Positions 16,318 to 25,688 of a stretch of 64,000 bases of DNA are shown in pieces (position 1 is the first letter of the stretch; each line of letters opens with the position of its first letter). This stretch comes from a virus. The notes under the pieces were generated by a model that was given only the letters and a program-made list of their open reading frames with translations, was not told where the DNA came from and ran no database searches. The translations under genes were made by a program, and so were the position numbers. Location: positions 5,111 through 69,110 of the IMG/VR virus record IMGVR_UViG_3300050821_001265; one strand, 5' to 3'.

Positions 16318-17214
16318 ATGACTACGATCAAGAAGGTGCTCACTACAACTGTCGCGGCTGTCGCTCTTACGAGTTTGGTAGCGGCGGACGCGAATGCGTT
16401 TGGTATCGTCATTAGCTTCGGAGGCTTCCATCGTCATCACGTTAGCCGCCACCATAGCCGCCACGTTCGTTCCGAGACCCGGACCGCAAAGCGCGGCTCC
16501 GCGAAGCGCGAAGCTAAAGCCGCACCGGCCAAAGTCAATCCCGCCAACCACTACTCCGGGAAGGACGAAGTGCTGGCTATGGCGCAAGCACTTACTGGCG
16601 AACAGAAGGCAGCGGATGCCGCGTGGCAGATTTATATGAATCTGCCAAAGGTGTTCCGCGACGCAATCGGTCCCGTCTCTATCTCTACCTTCGCTAACAT
16701 CGCGGACTATCGCCGCGTCAGGCAGGCCTATGACGCTGGTGACTCGTATGAAGGTTATTCCTACACCGTCCCGATGAAAGACCGTGATGACTTTTATTGT
16801 AGCGTCAACTTGATGCCGAACCCGGACGTACCAAACGAATTTGCGACTGTCCTAGTTCATGAGCTTGCACATTGTCTCGACTTCCGCCACAAGATTGGAC
16901 ATTCCATGCCGGTAATGGAGGCGTTCTTTCTTGATAGCACGAAAGATACCAAAGCCAAGCTAATCGCTGATGGCTTTGGATACTTCACGATCGAACCGCA
17001 AGAAGCGTTCGCTCAAGCGGTCTCTCACTACTTGGTAGCCAGCGTTCGTATTGACTACGCGAAGTGGGAAGCCGATTGGCCGCATCTCAACGCTAAGGTT
17101 AGAGAGATGTTGGATGCGGGTAAGGTTGCGTACCTTGATCCGAAGACGGCAGAGAAGCCGGTCAACGCCAGCGTTAAGACGGAAGCGGTGCCGGTTGCTC
17201 CGCTTGATTACTGA
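16318..17214 (+). CDS. exported zincin-type metallopeptidase
   Basis: Signal peptide (...LVAADANA), His-rich linker, HELAH (HExxH) and downstream EAFA third-ligand motif. Confidence 0.7.
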   Translation: MTTIKKVLTTTVAAVALTSLVAADANAFGIVISFGGFHRHHVSRHHSRHVRSETRTAKRGSAKREAKAAPAKVNPANHYSGKDEVLAMAQALTGEQKAADAAWQIYMNLPKVFRDAIGPVSISTFANIADYRRVRQAYDAGDSYEGYSYTVPMKDRDDFYCSVNLMPNPDVPNEFATVLVHELAHCLDFRHKIGHSMPVMEAFFLDSTKDTKAKLIADGFGYFTIEPQEAFAQAVSHYLVASVRIDYAKWEADWPHLNAKVREMLDAGKVAYLDPKTAEKPVNASVKTEAVPVAPLDY

Positions 17215-17247
17215 ACCATGAACCAAACCCAACTCGGAGTAAAGCAA

Positions 17248-17709
17248 ATGGCCAAGCGCCAACCGAAGTTCCAGAACGTTGAGACGAACCTCGCTGATGC
17301 CATCAGCGAGGCTTTCGGAAATATGAACGAACTATCCAGCGAATGTCGCGACGTTTGCGACAATATGCCGGATAGTCTCCAATCGTCCGCGCGTTACGAA
17401 GCGCTCGACAACTCTGCGTCGGAGTTAGAAAAGGATGAGCCTGACTTCCCGGATGCGCTCCAGGAATTGAAGGTTACAATCCAGCGTCCGACGAAACTAC
17501 GCAAACAATCGCGGCGGGACCGCGCGAACGAAGCCGAGACCGTCCTGCGTAACTGCGTTGACGCTATCCAATCTTGGGTAGACGAAGCACCTAACACTGG
17601 CGTTGATACGACCGATGCCCGTGAAGACGCCGCGCAGGAATTACGGGACGCTTGCGAGGAGTTAGCCGATGCTATCGGCAACTGCGAATTTCCCGGCATG
17701 TTTGGATAA
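17248..17709 (+). CDS. hypothetical acidic helical protein
   Basis: RBS GGAGTAAAGCAAATG; DNMPDSLQSSARYE motif. Confidence 0.65.
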   Translation: MAKRQPKFQNVETNLADAISEAFGNMNELSSECRDVCDNMPDSLQSSARYEALDNSASELEKDEPDFPDALQELKVTIQRPTKLRKQSRRDRANEAETVLRNCVDAIQSWVDEAPNTGVDTTDAREDAAQELRDACEELADAIGNCEFPGMFG

Positions 17710-17719
17710 GGAGAGAGCA

Positions 17720-17971
17720 ATGAGACTTATAATTGTATTTTGCGTACTCGCTGCCACATCGGCAGCGAGCGCGCAACAGACTGTTATCCGCGACGGTCGC
17801 GGGAATACGGTAGGAACAGTGACCACCGACAGCGCGGGCACCCAGACCTTTCGTGGCGCCAATGGAAATACCACGGGCACCTCGACCCGCGATAGCGCCG
17901 GTACAGTAACCTATCGCGATGCTCGTGGCAATACGGTAGGCACCGCGACCCGGAGCGGAGGCCGCCGATGA
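17720..17971 (+). CDS. small exported repeat protein
   Basis: Signal peptide plus three RDxxGNTVGT-like repeats. Confidence 0.7.
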   Translation: MRLIIVFCVLAATSAASAQQTVIRDGRGNTVGTVTTDSAGTQTFRGANGNTTGTSTRDSAGTVTYRDARGNTVGTATRSGGRR

Positions 17972-18165
17972 TGGTAATTTCAAAACTCGTCAAGACAGAG
18001 CTAACATCGATCTGTCTTGCCGCTCTGACTGACTTCCTTCGATCCACGCGCGGAGCGAATATATTTGGAGCGAAGGCTACGGTCACGGAGCCGAAGCCCA
18101 ATACGCTTCAAGTTCGCGCTAGCGATGGCCGCTACTTTGAAGTCATCATCAAGGAAACCTTCTGA
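17968..18165 (+). CDS. hypothetical protein
   Basis: Coupled ORF. Confidence 0.5.
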   Translation: MMVISKLVKTELTSICLAALTDFLRSTRGANIFGAKATVTEPKPNTLQVRASDGRYFEVIIKETF

Positions 18166-18338
18166 TGAAGAAGGAGAGAGCAAAGATTTGTTCCATCTGT
18201 GACGAACCGTTCACGGAATACGGAAACAACGCGGAGCCGGTCAACTCTGGTCGCTGCTGCGACGATTGTAACTGGGAAGTGGTGCTACCAGCGAGGTTGG
18301 TAGCATTCTTCAAACTACCAAAAGGAGAGAAGCAATGA
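18165..18338 (+). CDS. small Cys-rich (zinc-binding) protein
   Basis: Manually translated MKKERAKICSICDEPFTEYGNNAEPVNSGRCCDDCNWEVVLPAR...; C..C...GNNA.P...GRCC..CN pattern common in phages. Confidence 0.65.
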   Translation: MKKERAKICSICDEPFTEYGNNAEPVNSGRCCDDCNWEVVLPARLVAFFKLPKGEKQ

Positions 18339-18541
18339 CGAAGCCTGCTGAAGAACTTCTTGAGGAGGTTACAAGGAAGGTCCGCGCCTTCCTTCGTAAG
18401 GACTTCCCGGAGATTGCTATTGACGCGGAGGAGAGTGGCCTTGACACGGAGATAGCTTATGTCTTGGTCGATATGATCTCTGGTGACCTGGACGATGATC
18501 TACCAGATCATGGTGATTGGGCAATTCCGCGCGCCAATTAG
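18335..18541 (+). CDS. hypothetical acidic protein
   Basis: RBS AAAGGAGAGAAGCAATG. Confidence 0.55.
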   Translation: MTKPAEELLEEVTRKVRAFLRKDFPEIAIDAEESGLDTEIAYVLVDMISGDLDDDLPDHGDWAIPRAN

Positions 18542-18643
18542 GTAGCGACTTCATGCCGCCGAGTGCGACGGCGGCATCTGGGCGCAACCCCGTAGCCTCG
18601 CCAGCTACAGTACCACCCAACTCTCCAAGAAAGGAGACTAACT

Positions 18644-19045
18644 ATGGTACGAAGAAGTGAACGCGGCGAACGCCGCACCTGCTACGCTGAAATTGGCATC
18701 TTCTATAACGCAGAAGCCGATTGTATCCATATAACAACACCAGACCTTCCCGACGGTCATCTCAGGATTTCAAAAGACCCTGATTTGCGTTGGGGGCATC
18801 CGAGGCTATACGATGTGTTAGCCCGGTTGCTCAAACAGGTTGGTGCTCCTGGTCCGGAAGTTATGGATCACGTAAGCAATATGACGCGGTTAGAGATAGC
18901 CGCGAAGCTACACGAGCATGGAGCTACGCTTGGCTTCCTAGCCTCTCTCAGTGACGATGAAATTCGGGAGATGTATAGGAACGTCCGGCGTAATCCCTCC
19001 GCGCCGATTGCGGAGAACTATCCGGCACAACCGGACTCTAACTAA
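18644..19045 (+). CDS. hypothetical protein
   Basis: RBS AAAGGAG; 133 aa. Confidence 0.6.
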   Translation: MVRRSERGERRTCYAEIGIFYNAEADCIHITTPDLPDGHLRISKDPDLRWGHPRLYDVLARLLKQVGAPGPEVMDHVSNMTRLEIAAKLHEHGATLGFLASLSDDEIREMYRNVRRNPSAPIAENYPAQPDSN

Positions 19046-19223
19046 GCGAGAGCAAGTTGAGCCGTCGCGCGCAAATGCGCGGCGTCTCTTCTATCTTAGA
19101 AGGATGAAGCGATGGATGATCCGCTAGCGAAGCTAGATCAGATACGACGCAAGGCGCGCTACCTACTATGGGTAGTGAGCCTCAACCTCTTTCTAACAAC
19201 CATATTGTTTATATGGATCGTGT

Positions 19224-19499
19224 ATGAAAGATAGTCCCTGGATCGTAGGACGTAACGCAGAACGCGAGGCCATCCAAAGTGATCTCGCGTTCCTCAACTC
19301 TATACTAGAACAAATGTTTACGCGTTGGCCAGAACCTGATCAACGCGTATCAACGATGATTGCTAAGTTCGCGTGCTACCTACTTGCGCGCTGCGGAGAC
19401 GGTGACGATTCAATAGCTTGGGTCGTTGCCGAGATACGAGGCTTGCGAGAGCGAGACCAAGCCAAACGGAAGCGACAAAGAAGGAGACGAAGCAAATGA
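19224..19499 (+). CDS. hypothetical protein
   Basis: 91-aa ORF coupled to the next gene. Confidence 0.5.
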   Translation: MKDSPWIVGRNAEREAIQSDLAFLNSILEQMFTRWPEPDQRVSTMIAKFACYLLARCGDGDDSIAWVVAEIRGLRERDQAKRKRQRRRRSK

Positions 19500-19747
19500 A
19501 AGAGAAAGTCCTACCAGGAGGCGGAATACGCAAAGGTCGAATAACGTACACCCGCAAAATGCATACTCACGAACTCAATCGTGCGGCTTTGATATACGGT
19601 CTCATTACCGAATACTCAAAGACCGAATGTTTGCGGATGCACAACGAGCGCATCAAGCGAGCCAAAGCTGGCGAGATTGTTTACGAAGGTCGCGGCGTAT
19701 GGCGTGGGAAATTTGATAATCGTCGCGCGCCAAATAACTGGGATTGA
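19496..19747 (+). CDS. hypothetical basic protein
   Basis: RBS AAGGAGACGAAGCAAATG. Confidence 0.55.
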   Translation: MKEKVLPGGGIRKGRITYTRKMHTHELNRAALIYGLITEYSKTECLRMHNERIKRAKAGEIVYEGRGVWRGKFDNRRAPNNWD

Positions 19748-19788
19748 GGAGATACGCAAGGGGAATGATCTTCCCATCGCGTTTTGTG

Positions 19789-19879
19789 GCGGCGTTACCG
19801 GTGGCTCCCAGAAAGCTGTTTTGTGGCTTCCCTTGCGTTAGTCATTTGCGCCATTCAAAGACAGCAAACGCCGCTTTTT
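19789..19879 (+). ncRNA. candidate structured intergenic RNA with anti-start-codon loop (element B)
   Basis: Stems GCGGCGTT/AACGCCGC, GCTGTTTTG/CAAAGACAGC and TGGC/GCCA; 22-nt loop containing TAGTCATTTGC; 3' U5 tract. Confidence 0.5.
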
Positions 19880-19901
19880 ATCTTCAGAAAGAGAGAGCAA
19901 A

Positions 19902-20225
19902 ATGAAAGATGTACTATACCAAATTGCGTTCCCGCCAATGACGTGGAATCAACTAGGAAAGGTCCTGGAGGGTCTCCCCAAAGGGATGTTCCCGGAGATA
20001 CAACGATTGGTCGCGCGTGACGACCCGAGGCCAAACGGTAGCGCCGCGCCGCCGCGCGGCGAGCTAGAAGACGCCATCTTAATGGCGCTTAAGTCCCGCG
20101 CCTTATCCCACGCGGAGCTAGCGGCGAAGACCGGGCGCAATCCGAAGTCGGTCTACTCCGCGCTGACGCGGATGAAGCGCAAGAGGATGGTGACGAAGAA
20201 GGAGGGTCGCTATGCGCGTGTATGA
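19902..20225 (+). CDS. winged-helix DNA-binding protein
   Basis: C-terminal AILMALK....SHAELAAKTGRNPKSVYSALTRMKRKRMV. Confidence 0.7.
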   Translation: MKDVLYQIAFPPMTWNQLGKVLEGLPKGMFPEIQRLVARDDPRPNGSAAPPRGELEDAILMALKSRALSHAELAAKTGRNPKSVYSALTRMKRKRMVTKKEGRYARV

Positions 20226-20511
20226 CACCTATCGCTTCATCGACAAGGACCCGGTAATTGACGAGTGCCGCACCGCATGGAGGGATAGCGGTCACAAACT
20301 ATCCTACATCGGTCATGTTAGCCGGTTATCTTCGGCTACCATGTCGAGTTGGTTCAACGGGAAGACCAAGCGCCCACAGAACGCAAGCGTGTCCGCGTTT
20401 ATGGGCGCGCTGGGATTTGAGCGCAAGTGGGTAAAAACTACCCGCATGCGATCAATCGTCTCTAAGCTAGAAGCGAAGCGGCAGAAGTCTAAGTCCAACG
20501 GAGCAACATGA
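20212..20511 (+). CDS. XRE-like HTH transcriptional regulator
   Basis: LSYIGHVSRLSSATMSSWFNGKTKRPQ HTH pattern. Confidence 0.7.
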   Translation: MRVYDTYRFIDKDPVIDECRTAWRDSGHKLSYIGHVSRLSSATMSSWFNGKTKRPQNASVSAFMGALGFERKWVKTTRMRSIVSKLEAKRQKSKSNGAT

Positions 20512-20670
20512 CGCCCATCGGATCAGGAGTTGTCGGCTGGCTGTTGTTATTGATAATCGTTGCTTGCGTAGTTGTATGGCATTTTAGATCGTGAGCTCAT
20601 ATAGCGGAGTGCGACCGCTATATGGTCGTGCGATCTAATCAACGCGCGCGCACGGCGCAAGGAGAGAACT

Positions 20671-21720
20671 ATGTTGAAAGGAATATCGCTGGTTGAGCTT
20701 GCGAAAAAAATTCAAGCCAATCAGGAATTGAAGCGAGACTATATCGCGGACACTTCGGGTACTGCGATGATCATACAAGAAGACGGAAAGCCTGTCCTGG
20801 AACTTCCGGACCATGGGACCTTCCCGATACTTCCCTTGGCGCACGATCAAATTGGCGGCAAGACCGGCATCCCGGCTAAGTATTACGATAGGATGTTAAC
20901 CGATGATCCTCATCTGTTGGCCGCCAACGTCAATACTTGGTTTCGCCGCGACCCGAAGAAGCAAATGATACGGACGCTGGGCGGTGACGCTCGCGCGTTC
21001 CTATCTAATCGCTACCAGCGCATCGAGAATGAGGAGATGGCCGAAGCTGCACTCCCGGTACTCAAAGAGTTACCGGGAGTGCAGATAGTCTCTTCAGAAG
21101 TGACGGACCGTCGCATGTATATTCACTTCGTTGTTCCTACGATTAAGGGCGAAGTGAAGAAGGGCGACATCGTCCAAGCGGGCGGTATCATATCTAACTC
21201 TGAAGTTGGTTGTGGGTCAGCGTCGGTCTCCGGACTTCTATGGAGACTGGTATGCCTCAACGGCATGAAGACGACGGAGCAATTCCGTCGCCATCACGTA
21301 GGTCGTCAGGTTGATGACTCCGAGGAGTTGTGGGCGGACGATACCCGCGCGGCGGACGACAAGGCCATTCTTCTTAAGGTCCGCGATATGGTCCGGGCTG
21401 TCGTTGATGAGACGCGGTTTCGGTCGAACCTTGCGAAAATGCAAGGTTTGACCGAAGGTCGAATCACCGGCTCAGTTGAGAAGGTGGTAGAAGTATTGGC
21501 CGCTAAAGTAGGGGCCAATGAAACGGAGCGAAGCGGCATCCTCAAGTCGCTTATCGAGGGAGCCGACACTTCCGCTTGGGGATTGCTCAACGCGGTAACG
21601 GCGCAAAGCCACACCGCCAAGAGCTACGACCGTGCGGTTGAACTTGAGGCGGCAGGAGGCGTTCTGCTTGATCTCAGCAAGACTGAATGGAAAGAACTCC
21701 TCCATGCCGGTGCGAAGTAA
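20671..21720 (+). CDS. DUF932/DUF945-family phage protein
   Basis: AH.QI....GIP..YY..M, RAFLS.RY, ISNSEVG.GS, RLVCLNGM and WGLLNAVT motifs. Confidence 0.8.
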   Translation: MLKGISLVELAKKIQANQELKRDYIADTSGTAMIIQEDGKPVLELPDHGTFPILPLAHDQIGGKTGIPAKYYDRMLTDDPHLLAANVNTWFRRDPKKQMIRTLGGDARAFLSNRYQRIENEEMAEAALPVLKELPGVQIVSSEVTDRRMYIHFVVPTIKGEVKKGDIVQAGGIISNSEVGCGSASVSGLLWRLVCLNGMKTTEQFRRHHVGRQVDDSEELWADDTRAADDKAILLKVRDMVRAVVDETRFRSNLAKMQGLTEGRITGSVEKVVEVLAAKVGANETERSGILKSLIEGADTSAWGLLNAVTAQSHTAKSYDRAVELEAAGGVLLDLSKTEWKELLHAGAK

Positions 21721-21746
21721 CATTCACACTAGCGGGAGCAATACAA

Positions 21747-22394
21747 ATGGGAGATGATACGAATACCGGTCAGCTATCTGAAGTAGATCAAGTTGTAAAG
21801 CAAATGGCTGATCGTGCCGAAGAGAACCAGCCAACCACCTACAACAAATTGGTGGATGGAGCCTTAGCCTTGGGGATGACGGGCATGAAGCCCGTCAAAC
21901 GGTTCCCTAGTAGTGAAGTAGGAGCGAGGCGGATCGCAGAATTGCGAGACGCTATCAAGGCATTCAAGTCCGGTGACTCTGCAGAGCACCCGACAAAAGG
22001 AGAGACTACCATGAAGACGTCAGTAAAGCGTAAGCCTGCGGTCAAGAAGACGGCCAAGGGTAAGACTGCTAAGACTGCTACTCGCCGCGAGATCAAGAGC
22101 GATAACGCGCGGGCCAATCGTCCAGGCATTCTGGGCGAGTTCAAGACTTTCCCAGGAAGTTTCCGCGACAAGTTGCTTACGAAGTTGTCTTCTCCTCTCG
22201 GGAAGAAGAACAGCTATGAAGACGTTTTGAAGGCGGTCTTCGGAAACAAATCCGATGACAACCGATCAAAACTCGGCCAGCTGATCGGCTGGTTTGAGTT
22301 CCAGATCGGCAGGGACAAGTTGTCCTACACCATCACCCGCGAAGGTCGCGGGGATGAAGCTACCGTGACGCTGACGAAGGGGAAGGGCAAATAA
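21747..22394 (+). CDS. hypothetical protein with Lys-rich histone-like segment
   Basis: KRKPAVKKTAKGKTAKTA linker; possible internal start at 22011 after GGAGAGACTACC. Confidence 0.6.
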   Translation: MGDDTNTGQLSEVDQVVKQMADRAEENQPTTYNKLVDGALALGMTGMKPVKRFPSSEVGARRIAELRDAIKAFKSGDSAEHPTKGETTMKTSVKRKPAVKKTAKGKTAKTATRREIKSDNARANRPGILGEFKTFPGSFRDKLLTKLSSPLGKKNSYEDVLKAVFGNKSDDNRSKLGQLIGWFEFQIGRDKLSYTITREGRGDEATVTLTKGKGK

Positions 22395-22417
22395 CTTTCC
22401 TGACGTAGCGTCTAAAC

Positions 22418-22455
22418 TGACGGCTGTAGTTGGGAGACCCCAGCTACAGCCGTCA
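22418..22455 (+). promoter_or_regulatory. 17-bp intergenic hairpin (processing site or terminator-like)
   Basis: TGACGGCTGTAGTTGGG-AGAC-CCCAGCTACAGCCGTCA; no U-tract. Confidence 0.55.
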
Positions 22456-22475
22456 ACTATAACAGGAGGCGCTAG

Positions 22476-22730
22476 ATGATCCGACTATCCGACCATGAAC
22501 AAATCGTACTGAAGTTGATCCCGTCTAACGGGAAGAAAATTACAACGCGGGTTCTTGTTGTGAAGTTCTACGAATATCTCGGGACCAAGGTCCCGATGCA
22601 TGGCCGCGTGAATGTGGGGAGTAAGATACGCTCGCTGATCAAGAAGACGCGCCTCAATGATGTTCGCGTTCGTAGCTCGAAACGCGCGGGACCGTACCCA
22701 ATAGACGTTTGGAAGGAACGCCGCGAATGA
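22476..22730 (+). CDS. hypothetical basic protein
   Basis: AGGAGG RBS; coupled to the helicase gene. Confidence 0.55.
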   Translation: MIRLSDHEQIVLKLIPSNGKKITTRVLVVKFYEYLGTKVPMHGRVNVGSKIRSLIKKTRLNDVRVRSSKRAGPYPIDVWKERRE

Positions 22731-24313
22731 GCTATGTTCCGAAGTATGAACCTTATTCGCACCAACGGGAAGCGTTGGCGCGAATAAAGGACCGTCCTGC
22801 GTTCGCGCTTCTTATGGCAATGCGAACCGGAAAAACAAAAGTCGTTTTAGATGACTTTGGAAGGTTAGAGTATGAAGGCCGATGTGGATCGGCCCTCATC
22901 ATCGCGCCAGCCGGCGCTTACAAGACATGGGAGAAGGAAATATCAATACACGTTGGCGCGCCGCTAGCGGAGCGGCTTCTAACCTATACTTGGTCGGCTT
23001 CTGCTCAATCTCAGAAGGCTCAAAAAGTCCAAGCGGACTTTATGAACCAAACGAACAAGCCGCGCATCTTGCTAATGAACGTAGAAGCGCTGAGCGGAGT
23101 GACGCGTGCTCGCGATCTGGCTCAGGCATTCCTGAAACAGACGCGAGACCCGATGTGCGCGATCGATGAGAGTACCACGATACGCGGGGCGGATAGTTTG
23201 CGGACGAAGTTTGTAATTGACAAACTCCGTCCGTTAGCTGCCTACCGGCGAATCATGTCGGGTCTCCCGTCTCCTAACTCTCCGTTTGATCTGTGGGCGC
23301 AATTCTACTTCTTGGACCCAAAGATTATCGGACATTGGACCTTCAAGACATTCCAGAATCACTTCGCCGAGATACAGCAGATATGTATGATCCCGGCGCG
23401 CGTGCTAAAGGAAAAGCTACACCGGATGGTAGGGGCCAAGCCATTCAATATCTCCGGTATTGGTATGGTGAATGCCCACGATCTATCCCACGGGATGCTG
23501 ATTGAACAAATATCAAAGCGCGGAGGCTACGTGCCACGCGTCCCGGTCGTAAAGGCGTTCCGAAACGAGGAGGAATTGCGCGACCTGATTGCGCCCTACT
23601 CTTACCGCGTCAAGCTCAGCGATTGTTATGACCTTCCGCCGAAGGTCTACAGTATGCGCGAGGTGGAGCTAACGGCAGAACAAAAACGGGTCTACGCAGA
23701 AATCAAACAGTTCGCGTTCGTTGAACTCAACGAACTAGAACACGTTACCGCGAACCATGTTCTAACTCGTATCATCCGTCTACACCAAGTCCTTTGCGGC
23801 CACGTGCGCGACGATAGCGGAATCATTCGAGACGTTCCTGAAAACAGAACGTCTCAATTGATTGAGCTACTCAGCGAGCACGACGGTAAGAGTATCACCT
23901 GGTGTTCATATAGTCACGATATTGAAAAGCTAACGGTCGCGCTGACGAAAGAGTTTGGCGAAGGAAGCGTAGCGCGGTTCTGGGGCGGCAACCAGTCCAC
24001 TCGGGAAGCGGAGGAACTTCGCTTCCGAGAGGATCAAAATTGCCGCCACATGCTCGCTACGCCTGGAGCGGGACGCTTCTCACGTATGTGGGCTATCGCG
24101 GACCTTGTCGTGTACTATTCTAATACGCCTGATCTTGAACATCGCTCGCAAAGTGAGGATCGCGCGCAAGGGTTGGATAAAGTCAACTCGGTACTCTATG
24201 TTGATCTTATCGTTCCGGGGACTGTCGATGAAAAGATCATCAACGCGCTCCGTGCCAAGATCAATATGTCTTCGACTATCACAGGCGATAACTATCAGGA
24301 GTGGCTAATATGA
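22727..24313 (+). CDS. SNF2-family DNA helicase
   Basis: MRTGKT (motif I), IDEST (II), SGLP..N.P.DLWAQ (III), QSEDRA (VI). Confidence 0.9.
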   Translation: MSYVPKYEPYSHQREALARIKDRPAFALLMAMRTGKTKVVLDDFGRLEYEGRCGSALIIAPAGAYKTWEKEISIHVGAPLAERLLTYTWSASAQSQKAQKVQADFMNQTNKPRILLMNVEALSGVTRARDLAQAFLKQTRDPMCAIDESTTIRGADSLRTKFVIDKLRPLAAYRRIMSGLPSPNSPFDLWAQFYFLDPKIIGHWTFKTFQNHFAEIQQICMIPARVLKEKLHRMVGAKPFNISGIGMVNAHDLSHGMLIEQISKRGGYVPRVPVVKAFRNEEELRDLIAPYSYRVKLSDCYDLPPKVYSMREVELTAEQKRVYAEIKQFAFVELNELEHVTANHVLTRIIRLHQVLCGHVRDDSGIIRDVPENRTSQLIELLSEHDGKSITWCSYSHDIEKLTVALTKEFGEGSVARFWGGNQSTREAEELRFREDQNCRHMLATPGAGRFSRMWAIADLVVYYSNTPDLEHRSQSEDRAQGLDKVNSVLYVDLIVPGTVDEKIINALRAKINMSSTITGDNYQEWLI

Positions 24314-24585
24314 AGAAGAAAGAACAACTAGGTGACGCGCCGATTGAACCGAAATATATCGAGCAGATGAACAACGTAGCGCGTGCATTGGATGAATTCT
24401 TTAATGCGGGTCTCAAAGGCAAGGACCGCCCAACTGGATTTGTCCTGATGGTATTTCCTTTTGGCGATCACTCTGGACGTTGTAACTATATCAGTAATGG
24501 TGCGAACCGCAAAGACGTAGTCAATCTGATGAAGGAAATGATCGCGCGCTTCGAGGGACAACCAGAGATGAAAGGTAGCGCGTGA
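24310..24585 (+). CDS. conserved hypothetical phage protein
   Basis: GFVLMVFPFG...RCNYISNGANR.D motif frequent in alphaproteobacterial phages. Confidence 0.65.
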   Translation: MKKKEQLGDAPIEPKYIEQMNNVARALDEFFNAGLKGKDRPTGFVLMVFPFGDHSGRCNYISNGANRKDVVNLMKEMIARFEGQPEMKGSA

Positions 24586-24674
24586 TGATAACTACAATCC
24601 TACTGCTAATGATCGTAGCGGCGCTGCTACTGGCCGCGCTGCTAGTCCTATTCGTAAGATAACAAGGAGCAATC

Positions 24675-25016
24675 ATGAGCAACATCGAAGGAGAACGACT
24701 GATGGAAAATATGGAGCGAGCAATGTCAGGTGAGGAGGAGATTGCCCCAAGCAAGCCGGAGCCTCGTTCATTAATACCAACGAACAATCGACTATTGCCC
24801 CGCGCCTCGGCAATCATGGCGAGCGTAGCTGACCTCTCACAGAAAATTGAAGCGCTGCGCGATAAAATTCGCGGCGTTCTACCAGCGACCCGCCCGACCG
24901 TCGTCAAACTCGATACCACGAAGGAGCCGCAAGGAATGCCGAGCACATTTGACGCGACGGAGCGTCAGCTGGCAGCAGCCCACAAGATGCTATCAGAACT
25001 ACACGAGATGTTCTAA
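24675..25016 (+). CDS. hypothetical protein
   Basis: AAGGAG RBS; 113 aa. Confidence 0.6.
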   Translation: MSNIEGERLMENMERAMSGEEEIAPSKPEPRSLIPTNNRLLPRASAIMASVADLSQKIEALRDKIRGVLPATRPTVVKLDTTKEPQGMPSTFDATERQLAAAHKMLSELHEMF

Positions 25017-25128
25017 TAGTTGGCTCTGGTAGCTTAAGGAAAAGCGTGGCCGCTGAAGCTGTTCCGATTAAGGCCAAGATGTGAGTGCAAGGCTCACCCA
25101 GAGCGCAGCTACCAAAGGAGAGAAGCAA

Positions 25129-25545
25129 ATGAAGTTCTTACTGATCGACCCGAAAGCGCGCAAGCTACATGTCGGGGACTTTCCCGAATTGAACGATGCG
25201 AAGATCGCAGCTGGTCTTAACCCTCGTGAAGTAGACCACGGAACGGTCGCGCGTAGTCTATCCATCGTTGTGTACGAGTTCTCGTTGTTCGTCCCGCCAG
25301 AGGAGCAGTTCTACTTCTCCTTGGGCGATCAATTGTTCGCTGGGTCCGCAGTCATCTATCAAACAAACAGTATCGGCGAGACCGTCAACTTTGATAAAAC
25401 TATCCTGACCGCGACCTTCCCAAATCCCGGATGGTTGCGATGGTACCGCAGCGTCAATGAGATTGAAGCTGCGATATCAGGAGGGACCTTAAGGCGTCCG
25501 CAGACAGCGGTCAACGATACGGTTCTTTGGTCATGGAACCGATGA
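25129..25545 (+). CDS. hypothetical protein
   Basis: RBS AAAGGAGAGAAGCAAATG; MKFLLIDP...FAG.AV pattern (DUF3846-like). Confidence 0.6.
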   Translation: MKFLLIDPKARKLHVGDFPELNDAKIAAGLNPREVDHGTVARSLSIVVYEFSLFVPPEEQFYFSLGDQLFAGSAVIYQTNSIGETVNFDKTILTATFPNPGWLRWYRSVNEIEAAISGGTLRRPQTAVNDTVLWSWNR

Positions 25546-25688
25546 TAAAAATCCTCCTCACCTTCGCGCTGCTAGTCGTCGCAGCGTGGCTAGTCTTCAA
25601 CGATCACGCTATCGGTGGAGCCGCGTTAGCTTTTGTGGTATTGGTTCTGATCTTGCTAGATCATAGAACATGAGAAGAAGGAGAGCCC

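Noticed and set aside
25017-25111. tRNA gene
   Set aside because: Multibranch, but lacks the T-loop (TTCRA) and D-loop consensus; no tRNA recognised anywhere in the window.
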